A program made the translations under genes and the position numbers. A model generated the notes under the pieces. The model saw nothing but the letters and a program-made list of their open reading frames with translations. It did not search any database and had not been told where the DNA came from. This document shows positions 1-12,139 of a stretch of DNA of 49,775 nucleotides, piece after piece; the stretch's first letter is position 1, and every line of letters starts with the position of its first letter. The stretch is taken from the NCBI GenBank assembly GCA_000320545.1, contig ADNK01001663.1, positions 1 to 49,775 on the forward strand, in the 5' to 3' direction. Source of the stretch: Bigelowiella natans CCMP2755. Lineage: Eukaryota > Protista > Cercozoa.

Positions 1-63
1 TACCCCCCCTCCATCCGTTGTCACTATCCCTTTTCTGTTTTGATTCTGCACGGAAGCTATAAC

Positions 64-191
64 CTTGCATACGTCACACCAGATCTTTCCACCTTCTTTT
101 GCCACGATTTTGACCAATGTATGATTCTTTTAGACACCATTTACAACATATATAAGTTAGGAGCGTCTATGCCCAGTCTCTTTCTATCAGC

Positions 192-242
<51 letters not shown>

Positions 243-510
243 TGTGTGTGTGTGTTTACGCCTCCCATCCCAATCAATTTCATCAACACCCAAAACTAGC
301 CCTTTGCACTTTCGTAACAAGTACAAGTAGGAGCATCACGGTTATTAGACAAATAATGGACGGCGGAACCGCGTTATTAATAATTAAAAAAACAACAACA
401 TGTATTTATCTTACCTTTGGGCACTTGTCGAGTATTCTTGGAGCTACTTTCGTTGGGGCCTTCTGTTAGAGGGTGAAATTAATCTATGTGGGATAATATA
501 GAAATATACG

Positions 511-548
<38 letters not shown>

Positions 549-864
549 CTTTTTGTAAGTTGGAGTTCTTCAAATTCAGCCTCGATTCCTTCATATTACC
601 TTGTCTTTCACGCTTCCTGCATTTCTGGGATTATTCTCTGAAAATTCATGCAGTGCGAGTACCCCCTGTGGCAAACTCTTCTTCTTTTTACGGCGTAGCA
701 GTTTTGCTTTTTCAAACTTGATTGGCTTTTGAACGCCTTCCACCATAAAGGTTCTTGCTTCTTGGTTGATTGATTTTATTGTTTTCTCTGATTTGTTGAA
801 ACCTTTCTCCGGAGCAAGCACATTCTCATAGACAACAACGTCTCCAACCTGAAACTAAATATAA

Positions 865-910
<46 letters not shown>

Positions 911-1591
911 CACGTTTCCATATACATGCATGCATGTATTTCCACACATACTGCGCTCTCTTTCAAATGGCACGCGCAAACCATCCTATCACTCGATATT
1001 GCACATTTCGCAGAGGATCTACGCACCGCTACTTGTTCCTCAACCGAAGATGGCTGTGGTGGCTGCTCTTGCTCTCGCTTCTTCTCATCTAGTTCTTGAG
1101 ACGGCTGCTGTGCGGCATTGATATCCTGATTTTGTTGTTGCGTTTTCGGTTGTTTCCCGCCCGTTTGCCGCAGCCGTGCTAAGTAGATGTGGTTTTTTTT
1201 CGGCACTTCAACTGCGGTCCACCCTGACAAAAAAGGCGTGGATGTGTGAGGGAAGTGGCGCGCGCGGTAGTTTTTCGCATTCATCGCGCAACTTAGGAGG
1301 GCACATAGACTGTTTCTGGGGTGTTCTACCTTTGCTATGGCGGACCCAGGTTTGCCCATTTGGCTTCAAGAAGAGGTCTTCGTCCTGTACGCACTGCCCG
1401 ACGTCAAGATAGCCCACGATTCTCGCGTTGAGTCTCGGGTACTCCCGCACATTCACGCCATCAGGCCACACCACCTACCGGAGCGATCGATCAAGTCGCA
1501 TCGTGCATCGAAGATGATAACGGTAGTTCATCACCCAAATCCAACCGTGCACGTCAGATGAGTATTTGAGGAAGCGTATGCAATGGTGTCA

Positions 1592-1632
<41 letters not shown>

Positions 1633-2228
1633 GTATGTGTGTGTATGTGTGTGCGTGTGTAAACACATGAATATCTATAATGGTTTGCGTGCGACTTCAC
1701 CCTCCAAACGGCGGGGGTATATTGGCCTGGCGTCGATGGTAGATCTTGCCCGTCATTTTCCGGGCCTGTGCCTTGTCGCACAGACGTGGCTGGTACAGTC
1801 GGAGCACTGCCAATCGAAGGCAGCACGGTTGATCTAAGACACATGTGTATTCGTCTCACCGTAATGTACGTGTATTCTGCGCACCCGCACTAATTCTATG
1901 TAGGAACCTAACCAGTGCAGGTGGGACTTCTAGATCGCAGCTATTACCCGATTTTCCGTTGCAAAATGCCGTGAATTTTCTGCTGCGGATTCGAGACGTT
2001 CAGGCCAATGATCTCATGGCCTAAGACGGATTACAGAATTCGTACACCGCTGGCCTCTTGCACAATTATAGGGGAGGGGGACTGGATTGGCCATACCTCC
2101 TGCGGCTTTGAACACGAACGTTTCACCTGTCGCTCCATTAGGAAAACTCACCTGTAGCGATGATCAAAGCATGCAGCATAAATAAAAAACACCAAATTCT
2201 TAAGATCTCTGTCGGTATGTGTACCGTG

Positions 2229-2291
<63 letters not shown>

Positions 2292-4072
2292 AATAATATA
2301 TACAATTGCGGTATAATTTAAATTATAGCTGCAGCATTATTTTAATACATGAGGTTCCCAGATTCTGCCCGAGTTCGTTACAAAACGTATCTTGGCGGCC
2401 AAGAAATCTCCAGGGTGGTGCACGCCAGAGATCTCAACAACATGCTCGCCTTCCTCGCGGCGCAAAACCAGGTCTTTGCGCTTCGATCCCTTACTGATAT
2501 CCCCATACGGCATTGACTCTTTCCACGAGGGGCTTGAGGCGGATGAAGAGGAAGCTGGGGGGGGCGAGGTGGCTGTATTCTCGATGGAATTGGGGTCCAG
2601 CAAGAACGTCAGCGAGTCTACGAAATGCCCTGAGAGTATGCGGAACGATTGTGTGACGATTATACACGTGCTTGTATGTGCATAAATGCGTATTTGCATG
2701 TGTTGAAATACCTGCAGTAGATTTGACCCTAATAACCATATTCTGTAGCGCCTTGGCTGAGGGCTTGCTCTGGTCGCCACTGCCCACTATCTCCACATCT
2801 CTCTTCTCCTCCTTCTCCTTCTCATCATTGTTCTGCTTCTCATCGTTCTTCTCCTCCTTCTCCTTCTCATCCTTCTTCTCCTCCTCCTTTTCCATCTTCT
2901 TCTCCTTTCCGGTTTCCTTGAGAAGTCCACGGCTCTCATCCTCCCCCCCTTTAGCCTTCATGCTGCTCTGCATGGACGAGAGGAGGCTTTTCATGAACGC
3001 CATTTCGCCCCGCTGAATAGGAAGGGAAAGCTCGTAATACTGCTCGCTCTTGTGCTTCTCGTTGCCGCAATGCTTGCATTTGACACCTAAGGATGGATGG
3101 TGCAAAACTCGTTGCTCAGGCCTACTGGGAACGTACGATAGCTCAAAGGGACAAAAAAAGAATACCGACAGAATAGAAGGCAGCCAAACACTACTGCATG
3201 CAGTATCTGACATATCCTCGCAATGTTCTTTTCACTTCCGTCTCTACAAACCGCAAGAGCACAGAACACAGCAGCAGCGTGCACAGGCAACCAGCAAACA
3301 ACGATGCGCGGCGCTTTTTAACTCACAAGAGTCAATGGTGTTTCCAAACATATCTATCATCCAGCCTCGTCCGCTCATTTGACGTGGATCCCCTCCTCCT
3401 CCTCCTCCTCCTCCTCCCCGCCCACCCCCCCCCGCATTTTTCTTGGGAGTATTTCGGCCGGCTGGCAGCTCGACGCCGCCCTTTTGGTCAGCAGCACCCT
3501 CGTCGCCCTTGTCTCTGCTGCCGGCCAGCCTGCGATCTTCGTCATCACGCAAAGGCCCGACCAAAAGCTTGGTTGAGTCTCGGATGAACTCCGGTAGCCT
3601 GCGGCTCTTTGTCACGCCACCTACACGGTAGGTGATCTCCAAAAACCTTGGGGGGGCGGCGGAGACGTTGTCGCTGCTGCTGGGCTTTTCAGCCTTGCCG
3701 TCGGCATTGTCTTGCACGCTTTTTACTGGGGCAGCGGCATTGCCGCCTTTCTCCGTGGTCGCCACAGGGTGCGCCTTCTTGTCGCCGAAAATCGCCGCCA
3801 AATTCGTCCCCTTTTCGAACGTGAGGTAGCCTTGAATGACGCTTCTCTTGAGAATCTCTGTCACATCGTCCTGCTGCGAGAGGCCGCTGGGGTCGCTGGC
3901 GGTGCTGCCGAGGACGGCGTGGAGAATGCCTTCCGCTTGCTCCGTAGCCGACATGAGGGGAGCTGGGGAGTAAGAGTTGCGGCTTGTTAGTTGGCGTATT
4001 CGTGCGTCGGGCATGATATATGCATTGCGGTTGAAAGGAGGAGGAGGAGGAGGAGGATTGATGATGATGATA

Positions 4073-4111
<39 letters not shown>

Positions 4112-4939
4112 CGAGGTAGACAGTAAAAACGTACGTATTCGCTGCACCTAGAGTAAGTCGATGGGAACGATGCTATAAGCAAGGAAATCCCAGTGCTAGC
4201 TAGGAGGCTGACCTTCTTCAACGCCAATTACGAGCTGCTCCGCCGAGACCTTTAGCCCCACGATCTGGGAATTGTTTGGGGCACAAAAGCGGAAGATCTT
4301 TGCATCGGCCTCCTCTGCCGTTACGGGGTTCTGCGTTGTGATGTGCCGGCCATTGTTAAGGACGAAGGTGAGCTGCGAGGCTATGTTCTCAACGCTCTGC
4401 GTGCCGTAGACTTCTTGGATATACTCGCCCAGATGGATCGCTTCCGAGTGAGAGCTCTCTCCGGCAATGGACCCGTAGATCTTCTTCTTCCCCGACCTTG
4501 GCAAAAATAGAAGGAGAAGGAAGAAGTTGCCGTTTCAAGCAGATTCGAGCATGAGAACAAGAGAGGGGGGCGAGGGGGGGAGAAGGGGAGGAGAGCAGGG
4601 GGTCACTGTGTATATTAAATTCATCATAGAAATACGTCATCAACAGCGTTTATTGCCACACCAGGCTATTACATTCTCCTCCTCATCATCATCATCATCA
4701 TCATCACGATATGATCACCTGAACTCCAGTCGAAGCCCCTTAACTGTGCGCACCGCCTCCCACATCTCCACCACGCAGATCGGCGAATTAAACATGCTTG
4801 GCTCTTGTTGCGAGGATGCTGCTGTTGATGACGCATCCGCTGCGTCCCCGACACTCTCCCTGAAATCCTTTTTGCGTTCCGTCCTGTTGTCGTTCCGAGC
4901 GGCATTTGAAGTCAAAGTCAATGATACAAAACTTCACAT

Positions 4940-4981
<42 letters not shown>

Positions 4982-6474
4982 ACAGCACCTCCATTCATTT
5001 AGTTCCTATTATATTTCTGCCGCTGCTGCCGCTCATTCGTCTCCCATTCTTTTCTCCGAATACAGCACAAATGCAATCGCAGCAAGGAAACACGTACACG
5101 GGTGACGGGGTGAAGGACTGCTGGCGTTTGAGCGCTAGGTTACGCCTGCTGCTTTCCGACATCGCCTCGCCACTAAGGCCATCGAAGAGCGCCTTCATGA
5201 ACTCCAACGAATCTTGCTGTTTCTTCCCTCGGAAGGACGAGTAGTATCCTACCACCTACGGCGTTGAAAGGGGGGGGGGGGGGGGTAGGGGGGGGGGGTG
5301 AGATTGAGACACTCCTTTCTTCTTGTACGCTTATTCGGTGTACATCCTGGAATCTCTACGTGTGCTCTCTTCTGCTTTTGCTGTTACTCTCACCGTTTCA
5401 TGGAGGACGTTTGGGCTGAAGGCCTTGTTATCCGTCGATGTCCAAATCCCAAGCAAAGTGTCTCGGAAGGCGCGCGTGATCGTCGCGGTCTTCGGCGGCA
5501 GGGAGGTGCGATAGAGCTTCTGGAGGGGCGGCATGTGCGCGAGGCACTGCAGCACGCTGTTCATGTAGCATGTATTCCCGAGGTTTCTTAGCCCAACGGT
5601 CGCGAATTTCATAGCGCGCAAGCTTTTCATTTCCGCCTCGGCAATAGAGTCGTCCTCTTCGTCGGTGGTGGTGCTGTGGACAGGGCAATGCAAGAGAGGG
5701 TTTTGGAGGGAGAGGGGAAGAGAGGGAGAGGAAGGGGGTGGGTGGAATTGCAAGGTGTAATATATGCAGTGCTAATCTGATAAAAATATATAGGATTTAC
5801 TCGCAATATTATACGCTCGCCCAACCGTGTGTGTGGGTGTGTGTGTGTGTGTACGGAAGCAAGATAAAGGAGGGGGGATTGGGGGGAAGGCGTAGGAAAT
5901 TTACACATATGCTGACATGTCATCCAACTGCTCAGCGTGTTTTCGTTGTTTCTATTACTACACACTCGTACGTATCGATTCTTGGTTGGCTGCCCTTGGA
6001 CGACGCTTGTGGATTAGGTTGTTTTCGCTTTTGCTCTCCTGGTGCTGCTGCTGCCGCCGCCGCCGCCTTTGCGGTCGCTTCGCCGTTTTTCTTCTTTGTC
6101 GTGGGCTGTTGCCCGAGTAAGTAGTCCACGGCCTTCAAATAGCGTGTTTTAAAAAGCGCACGTTTATTAGCCATGTGTGCGTGTGTGATCTCAGTCGAGA
6201 GGAGATAATGAGAATAGTAATAATAATAATACGGATTGTTCCTAAAATATGAGCTATATGTTTGTTGAAATCGGCATTGCGTTTTGGTTTTGGCATTTTT
6301 ATCTGCTGCAGAAGCAACCTCCTTCTGAGTAGCAAGCGGCCGGCAACAACAAATGCGGCGGTTTTAAAATTTGGGGAGGGCAGCTTTACCTTTGCCATAT
6401 CCCATCGGTTCGATACGAGGGCTTTTTTGGCCTTTTCTTCATCAAATCCAAGCTCCTATGAATATCAGTGCGTA

Positions 6475-6508
<34 letters not shown>

Positions 6509-8490
6509 GATATTAAGATTTATGTGATACTCAGTGAACAAGACTTAGGTACTTGAGCTTAGAGAATTTAGCATCGAAATACGTTTTGCGCTAAAACTAC
6601 AACACACACACACACGCGCGCGCGCACACACACACAAAACATCAAGTTCGAATCTCCATCTCCTTCCCGACTACTACCGTGAGTCTCGTGATTTGGCTTT
6701 GACGATTTCTAGTATTTCTGGTAAGCGAGAGGATAGAGGAAATGTAGCAGAGAACACGAGGCGGAAGTGTGAAACAGCAGGACCGCGATGAGGATGTGAA
6801 AGTACAAAGGCAAAAAATGCGACATCAAAGAAATGTTTATACAGATACCTCGCCTGATCAGCTGGAGGTTTCACCTGCAATACAACGTGGCCGCCATTAA
6901 CAGCATCATTTTTCGCATACAAACAGAATAATCGCATTAATCATATATCGACGCTACCTTGATTTGGACCCACATGTTCTCACCGAATGGTTTCCCGTTG
7001 CCTGGAGAGCGGCGAAGATCATCATGAGCTCGGTATCACTCGCACATCACAAACGTAGTTGGGGGCGTGTAAAGACTGAGTGGCTAGTTTTGCTAAGCGG
7101 TACGATCAGTTTTGGGGTTTATTATCTCGCAAAACCGAAAGCATTCCTTTATGATCATCGCCTTTAGAACCAACTTCGGGGAGCTCCAAGTTAGCACTCT
7201 CTTGCCCCCCCACACCCCTCCCCGCCCCCTGAAAATGATAACTTCCTTACTTTGTGCTAGTTTGTACACGGCTTTATACTCGCCCTGTTTTGCAGGGGAT
7301 CGCACCGAGATGACTGATTTGTAAATTCCGTCAAAATGACAAGGAGAATGCAAAAGAAAGGGGAGGGGAGGGGAGGGGGGGCAAATGGCTTGTTACACAC
7401 TTCCTAGTGACGTACATTGATCAAGATAACCAACAAAATAATTTGAGTGCGAATTCGAAGTTAAAAACGAATCAACGCTACCAACAAGAGCAGTTTCATT
7501 TGGCGCGACGCCTGTACGATATTAGTGGGAAATACATTAGTCAGTCGTTGGCGTTGACCACCACGCATGCCATCTAGGCAACACCTTTCAGATCCTGAGG
7601 CACAATTTCCGGCGCTCCAGGCCAATTTGACTACGCATTGCGTAACATTCAGGGAGAAAAATGAATAAAGAATAGCGTGCGTGCGAAACAAATGCCAAGG
7701 GTAGATCGTGTTTTAAGAGAGTGGAAGATGTGCTTTAACACAGTGAAGTCGTAGAGATCCAACCGCAATTCGTCATTACCTCCTTCTTACTGATGATGGC
7801 GACTAAGTTGGCGGGCCACCTCTGCATATTCACATAAAAGGGGCAAAGGGAGTGTGGAAGGGGAGGGGGGGGGCGAAATGAGACGGTTGGTCGAGTGAAG
7901 GCACGATAGATAGTTTCTACATCCAACTCGTAGTGATGGGAATTCGAAGAATGAGGCGGACTCAAACACTCTGCTGTATGCATATGTTGCTTACTTACAT
8001 CCTTGCCCGCATTTCGCATCTCCCACAATTTCTCGACCTGAGCGTGTATCATCAATCTTACAATATGCCCTACATCAACGTACGGCTACATCTCGGGGAA
8101 TCATCTTTCCCCACAATTCGAACAGCTGGATGGAGCCTGCGTGCCTCTAGGCGTGTGACTGTTTCCGAAGATCAGGCGAAGCGTGTTGCGATTGTTACCT
8201 GATCCCCTGGAGCGAAGACCTGGCCATCTGGAACTGTGACGTCGGAGACGAAAACGCTGTTGGGTTTTGCGTTGGACGGCGGGGCATCCTTCACATCGTC
8301 CACGTCCTAGCAGCGTTAGCGTACAACTATGAAACATTCGCAGCAAAAGAATGGACGAAAGAACAGAGCTGTATTTACCATGGTGGGAGAGCTGCTTGAG
8401 GAGATACTTCTTTCAAACCGAGGGAGGGGCCTTTCTATTCCGTTCCGCTCGGCTGAGAAGACTCTAGATGTTTATTATTCGAATAAAGAT
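64..8490 (-). CDS. Multi-exon ubiquitin-specific protease (peptidase C19) with NBR1-like FW domain, UBA and inserted jacalin-like, SH3-like and KOW-like domains. 5' end unresolved (may reach ~9060); 3' end lies beyond the left edge of the window.
   Basis: Cys box GLRNLGNTCYMNSVLQCL (~5545-5600) and QQDSLEF box (~5205-5225). Box-3 segment MFGNTIDSC|VKCKHC...YYELSLPI (~3370-3020). A second CxxC, KIWCDVCK, at ~64-90. Most joins use GT-AG introns with compatible phases; a few near the left edge are tentative. The His box was not found inside the window. Confidence 0.85.
185..253. repeat. Intronic (CT)n(GT)n compound microsatellite; representative of many similar intronic tracts (e.g. 514-545, 867-901, 2228-2286, 13955-14007, 44150-44248, 46519-46572)
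   Basis: Dinucleotide runs visible directly in the sequence. Confidence 0.95.
6110..6720 (-). other. UBA domain exons of the USP gene
   Basis: Spliced QSQITRLT|ELGFDEEKAKKALVSNRWDMAK|AVDYLL, with the UBA (M/L)GF loop and terminal A..LL helix. Confidence 0.8.
6870..8306 (-). other. NBR1-type FW (Ig-like) domain exons of the USP gene
   Basis: Spliced translation FVSDVTVPDGQVFAPGDQ|VEKLWEMRNAGKD|RWPANLV...GVAPNETALV|VISVRSPAKQGEYKAVYKLAQ|SNGKPFGENMWVQIK|VKP. This follows the NBR1 FW pattern (FV.DVT.PDG...PG....K.W...N.G...WP...P...G.Y...W.L...G..FG...WV.I.V). Confidence 0.8.
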
Positions 8491-9078
8491 TTTAGAAGTT
8501 CTTGCGATAAAAATAAGTCTACCGACACGCCCCCGCTGAAATTTCAACATAGAGGCAGCATCTTTCCCGCGGCGCAGGCAGAGGAATCCTTGGTCAAAGC
8601 TCGGGTATTTTCTGAGCGAAATCATCTTTTAAATCTTGATATGGAGCTGTCGCAGGAAAAGAACCCTGTGTGTTTTGTGAAGTTTAGTTTCTCTAGATTC
8701 TACTACTGCTGTTATCTTGTTGCAGGATGGAAATGGGAACGACACCTCGTCACAGGCTAGCAGGCAACCTTCCTCTGTTCCTGTGCCGGGTGGGGCGCAT
8801 TCGCGCCGCAGCTGCCCACCTTGGAACACATGCTGCTCTCTTGCGAGGTTACATCCTCCTCGTGTAGTCCAGAGTCTTCTCTTTTGTCTCTCAAAATCAT
8901 CTTTCTGAGAGAAATCGGGTCTTGCAGGTCCAGCCATGTGGCTCACCTTGAAGTCGTCACACACACCTCCAAGGGACAAGGTTTCGGTCAATTTGGGGGC
9001 CAAAACTGGAAACATGGCGCGGTCAAGATTGGCATGGCCTTCCACCTCTTTGTCAAAATTTCAAGCTCTCACCACTTA

Positions 9079-9400
9079 CTGTCTAGCTGTCTGGCTGTGT
9101 TGAGTGTTCACAATCAATGAATTCGACATTGTGAACTTGAGCAGCACGCGCAGGCTAGCAGGCAAGCAGTGCTGGAGTGTGCTGACAAGTTCAGAAGTCC
9201 TCGCAACACTTTTGCTGGCAGGTGCTGCTGCATGCAAACTTGTCTCTCGCTAGCACATGCTAGCATGCTAGCATGGCTAGCATGTGCAGATCAGCACGTC
9301 CATGTGCGTCCATGCATGTGTCAGCTGGTCACATGGTTGCGCCAAGCACTGCCCTTCACCTGTGGCCATGAGCTGTAGCACGTTTCAACGTCTTGCAAGG
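9079..9400. repeat. Decayed repeat/transposon relic rich in CATG, TGCA and CTAG
   Basis: Runs such as gctagcacatgctagcatgctagcatggctagcatg and no convincing ORF. Shares short words (ctgtctagctgtc, gctggagtgt, cacatgctagcatg) with 12140-13100. Confidence 0.5.
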
Positions 9401-9771
9401 TTGCGAGACGTTGTCAAACTAACGACTCTTGCAAGATGCTTCAGAATCGTTCTGTGCCATGAGGCCACACAATTAGACCAAGATGATTCATGGCATGGAC
9501 ATCAAAAACGTTACCACATTGAACATGATCAATCCAATGTACATCATCATCTGCAGTGATGAGGGCTATTTTCATCCATCACCATTTCCGACGCAATGAA
9601 GAACTCGTTAAGTAAATGTTAACAATTCTAACTAGTTCATCACTACTGGAACTACTACCTAGATTCAGTGTGTGCTAAAATTTCTTGTGCTTGATCTCTG
9701 GGAATAGCATCTGCGCTACAAGGTTTTTAAATCTTCTTCTTTAATTTCAATCAATTAACATATCTAAGTCC

Positions 9772-11151
9772 CTAATTTCCTTCTTTACTCGACCAAAGGA
9801 TCCCTAACGAATACATTATGACTAAGGACTTCACATTGATATTTTTTGTGTACCATCTACAAAGTATACTCAACGTCAGAAAGTAAGTTAGCACGTGCAT
9901 AGCATATTGTGTGTTTAAATTAACCTGGGAATCTTCCGTTTGCATTAAAGTTCCAACACTTTCGGGACTGTGTTCTGCAGTTCTGGGTGTGGATTTACGA
10001 TTTCGAGCAGCCTGAATAGAGTTTTTATGTCTACCACTGACGTGATAATATTGCGATCTATTCATTTTGCTGTTCCCTTCCTCATCGAACAATTCCCATT
10101 TCTCCCTTTTTACGGCTTTGGAAAGACTATGTCCCAGGCCAGGCGACACTCTAGGCTTCTTAGAAACTTGCGACGATTGATATATAACGGAATGATGCTC
10201 AGTAGTGTCATCATAAAGAACACACTGATACTTCTTATTCCTCACAGGCTTCATATGTTTATCTAAAAGCTCCAACTTTTTAATTTCAAAGTTGCTTTTC
10301 AGCATGATCGACCCGCTAAGGAAGATTGTGGGCTGCTCTCGTGGGTATTTTCTCCTCACGGCTGTTCCCTTTCCAAGCTTACTTCGAGAAAATCTGACCG
10401 TCATTTTCTCATCAGTGACTGCATCTAGCTCTATCGTCTCGTCAAAGTAGTCTTTGGTAGCGTACTTGCTCTTTATGGGCTCGGACACCCGAACGACGTC
10501 TTTGACGCGATGTTCCCCATTTATCCAAAGGTATGTTTTGTTGCTTTTAACTTCTTTATATTTGTTCGGATCCAGTCCACTGATGAGAATGTTGTGCTCT
10601 CCCTTCATCTGACATAACGTTGGTAAATGTCAATGTGGGGTATAAGTATCACATATCATGTAACATCACCTCGTTATATTGACTTTCTTGCTTTTGATGA
10701 TCTAGGTATTGGTCTTGGTAAGAGCGATTGCGTTTCTTCGACAATTTAGAGGAGGAAGTCATGGGCACATAGTCCTCATCCTGAAATCGTTTGGGTACAG
10801 CCACGATATGGAAAGCAATAAATTGGAGATGATAATACTAGTTCGTTTAACTCAACAATGACTTTACATCAGTTATATCTACGTTGTAATGTTTGAAAAC
10901 GTTATTCTCAAAGCAACACGATACCCCACAATTACTGCAATTACTGACGCTGCGCACGCACTTATGCTATCATGGTATTTATAAGATACCGAAATCTTCA
11001 TGGACTGTGCAACTTGTGCGAACTCAACAGGCACTTTCTCTTGTAGTTTCTGGAGAAACTCGACGATCCATTTGTCCTTACTATAACTGCACAATTTGAG
11101 GGGATTACATTTCTGGAGTTCGGCATTTACTTGTCGATGCCTGAGAATCAC
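9772..11151 (-). CDS. Hypothetical multi-exon protein; main exon possibly C2-like beta-sandwich
   Basis: The 278-aa ORF 9772-10608 starts right after an AG acceptor. An upstream exon reads DEDYVPMTSS...QYNE| (~10650-10765), and ORF 10879-11151 lies further upstream. No firm family motif was seen. Confidence 0.45.
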
Positions 11152-11932
11152 GCTTTGACATACGGACTTAGGTTAATCGAAGCTGTGAAATTTATTAGGA
11201 AGGTGTTTGAGGTGATACCGAGCGAGTATAGAGATGAATTTGCAGACATCGAAAAGCTTCCTACTAAAGACGTCTCTCAAAATAAAAAAAAGATTCAAGT
11301 CTCCCTGAAGTTGGCCAAGGTGTCTATATCTTACGATTTGTTATTCAATTACGAGAATGTGTTTCAATCGCTGATGTAAGAAATTGTAGGCCGACTATTT
11401 ACAGTGTGCATCAGAGGTATTCACAAAGGTACTGAAAGTGTGGAAAGAAACAGAGCAGAGAGAACTTCCTACAGGAGTGAAGAAGGGTGACCCTCCAACG
11501 GTCCTCCCTGGATGTATTAAAATAACCCAATTCTTTGAGATGGAAGCAGGGGCTGATCCTTCGGAGATGTTGAAGTGGATGTTGGATGAGAAGCGGCACC
11601 TCATGAGTACGTTCACATTCAATGGAGAAATTGTGAGCGAACCGGATATCGGGTATTGCTCTCCCGATGAAGCCCGTATATTAAGTATACCGAACAAGGT
11701 AGAACAAGGAGATTACACAGGACACTTTTTTTTTGAGGGAATCATAATCTTTTAATTCTTTCTTGATCGTACTATTATCGTCCCATCCATTTTGGATTTG
11801 TAGGTGTGGTTCGTGTTTCGTGCCCCTACCGAGCAGCTGATTCAAGATGTCGAATCTTTCCTCCAGAAGCATAAATATCTTGAGAAGGAGCCTTATCGCC
11901 ACGTTGACTTTCCCAATGTGGAGCTGCAACAG
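11137..11932 (+). CDS. Hypothetical multi-exon protein, possibly truncated at its 3' end by the downstream repeat
   Basis: Protein-like ORFs 11131-11379, 11438-11755 and 11804-11998 can be joined through GT-AG sites (...LKLAK|...WKETEQRELP...SIPNK|VWFVFRAP...VELQQ|). No recognised domain. Confidence 0.4.
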
Positions 11933-12139
11933 GTGTGTGTGTGTGCGCTAATTAATACAGATTATCGGTTTTACCTACTTCTACTGCTCACAGTATGATT
12001 GGGAGGGAGAGAGGCGAATAACTCCATTAATGGCTGTCATTTCAGATTTGTCTCGAAATGACTTCATGCACAATTTTTCATTCATTCACTTGTTCAACCC
12101 CCCAATCTAGCAATGCTCGTTGGTGTCGCACGGGCTAGC

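Noticed and set aside
1554-1585. LHTLPQILI resembling the USP 'LP.IL.I.LKRF' box
   Set aside because: Followed immediately by a stop and located inside the inferred intron of the SH3-like exon pair; likely chance.
8329-8760. 143-aa plus-strand ORF near the USP 5' end
   Set aside because: Overlaps probable minus-strand USP exons and has no motif. I could not resolve a consistent splice path through 8490-9060, so it was left unassigned.
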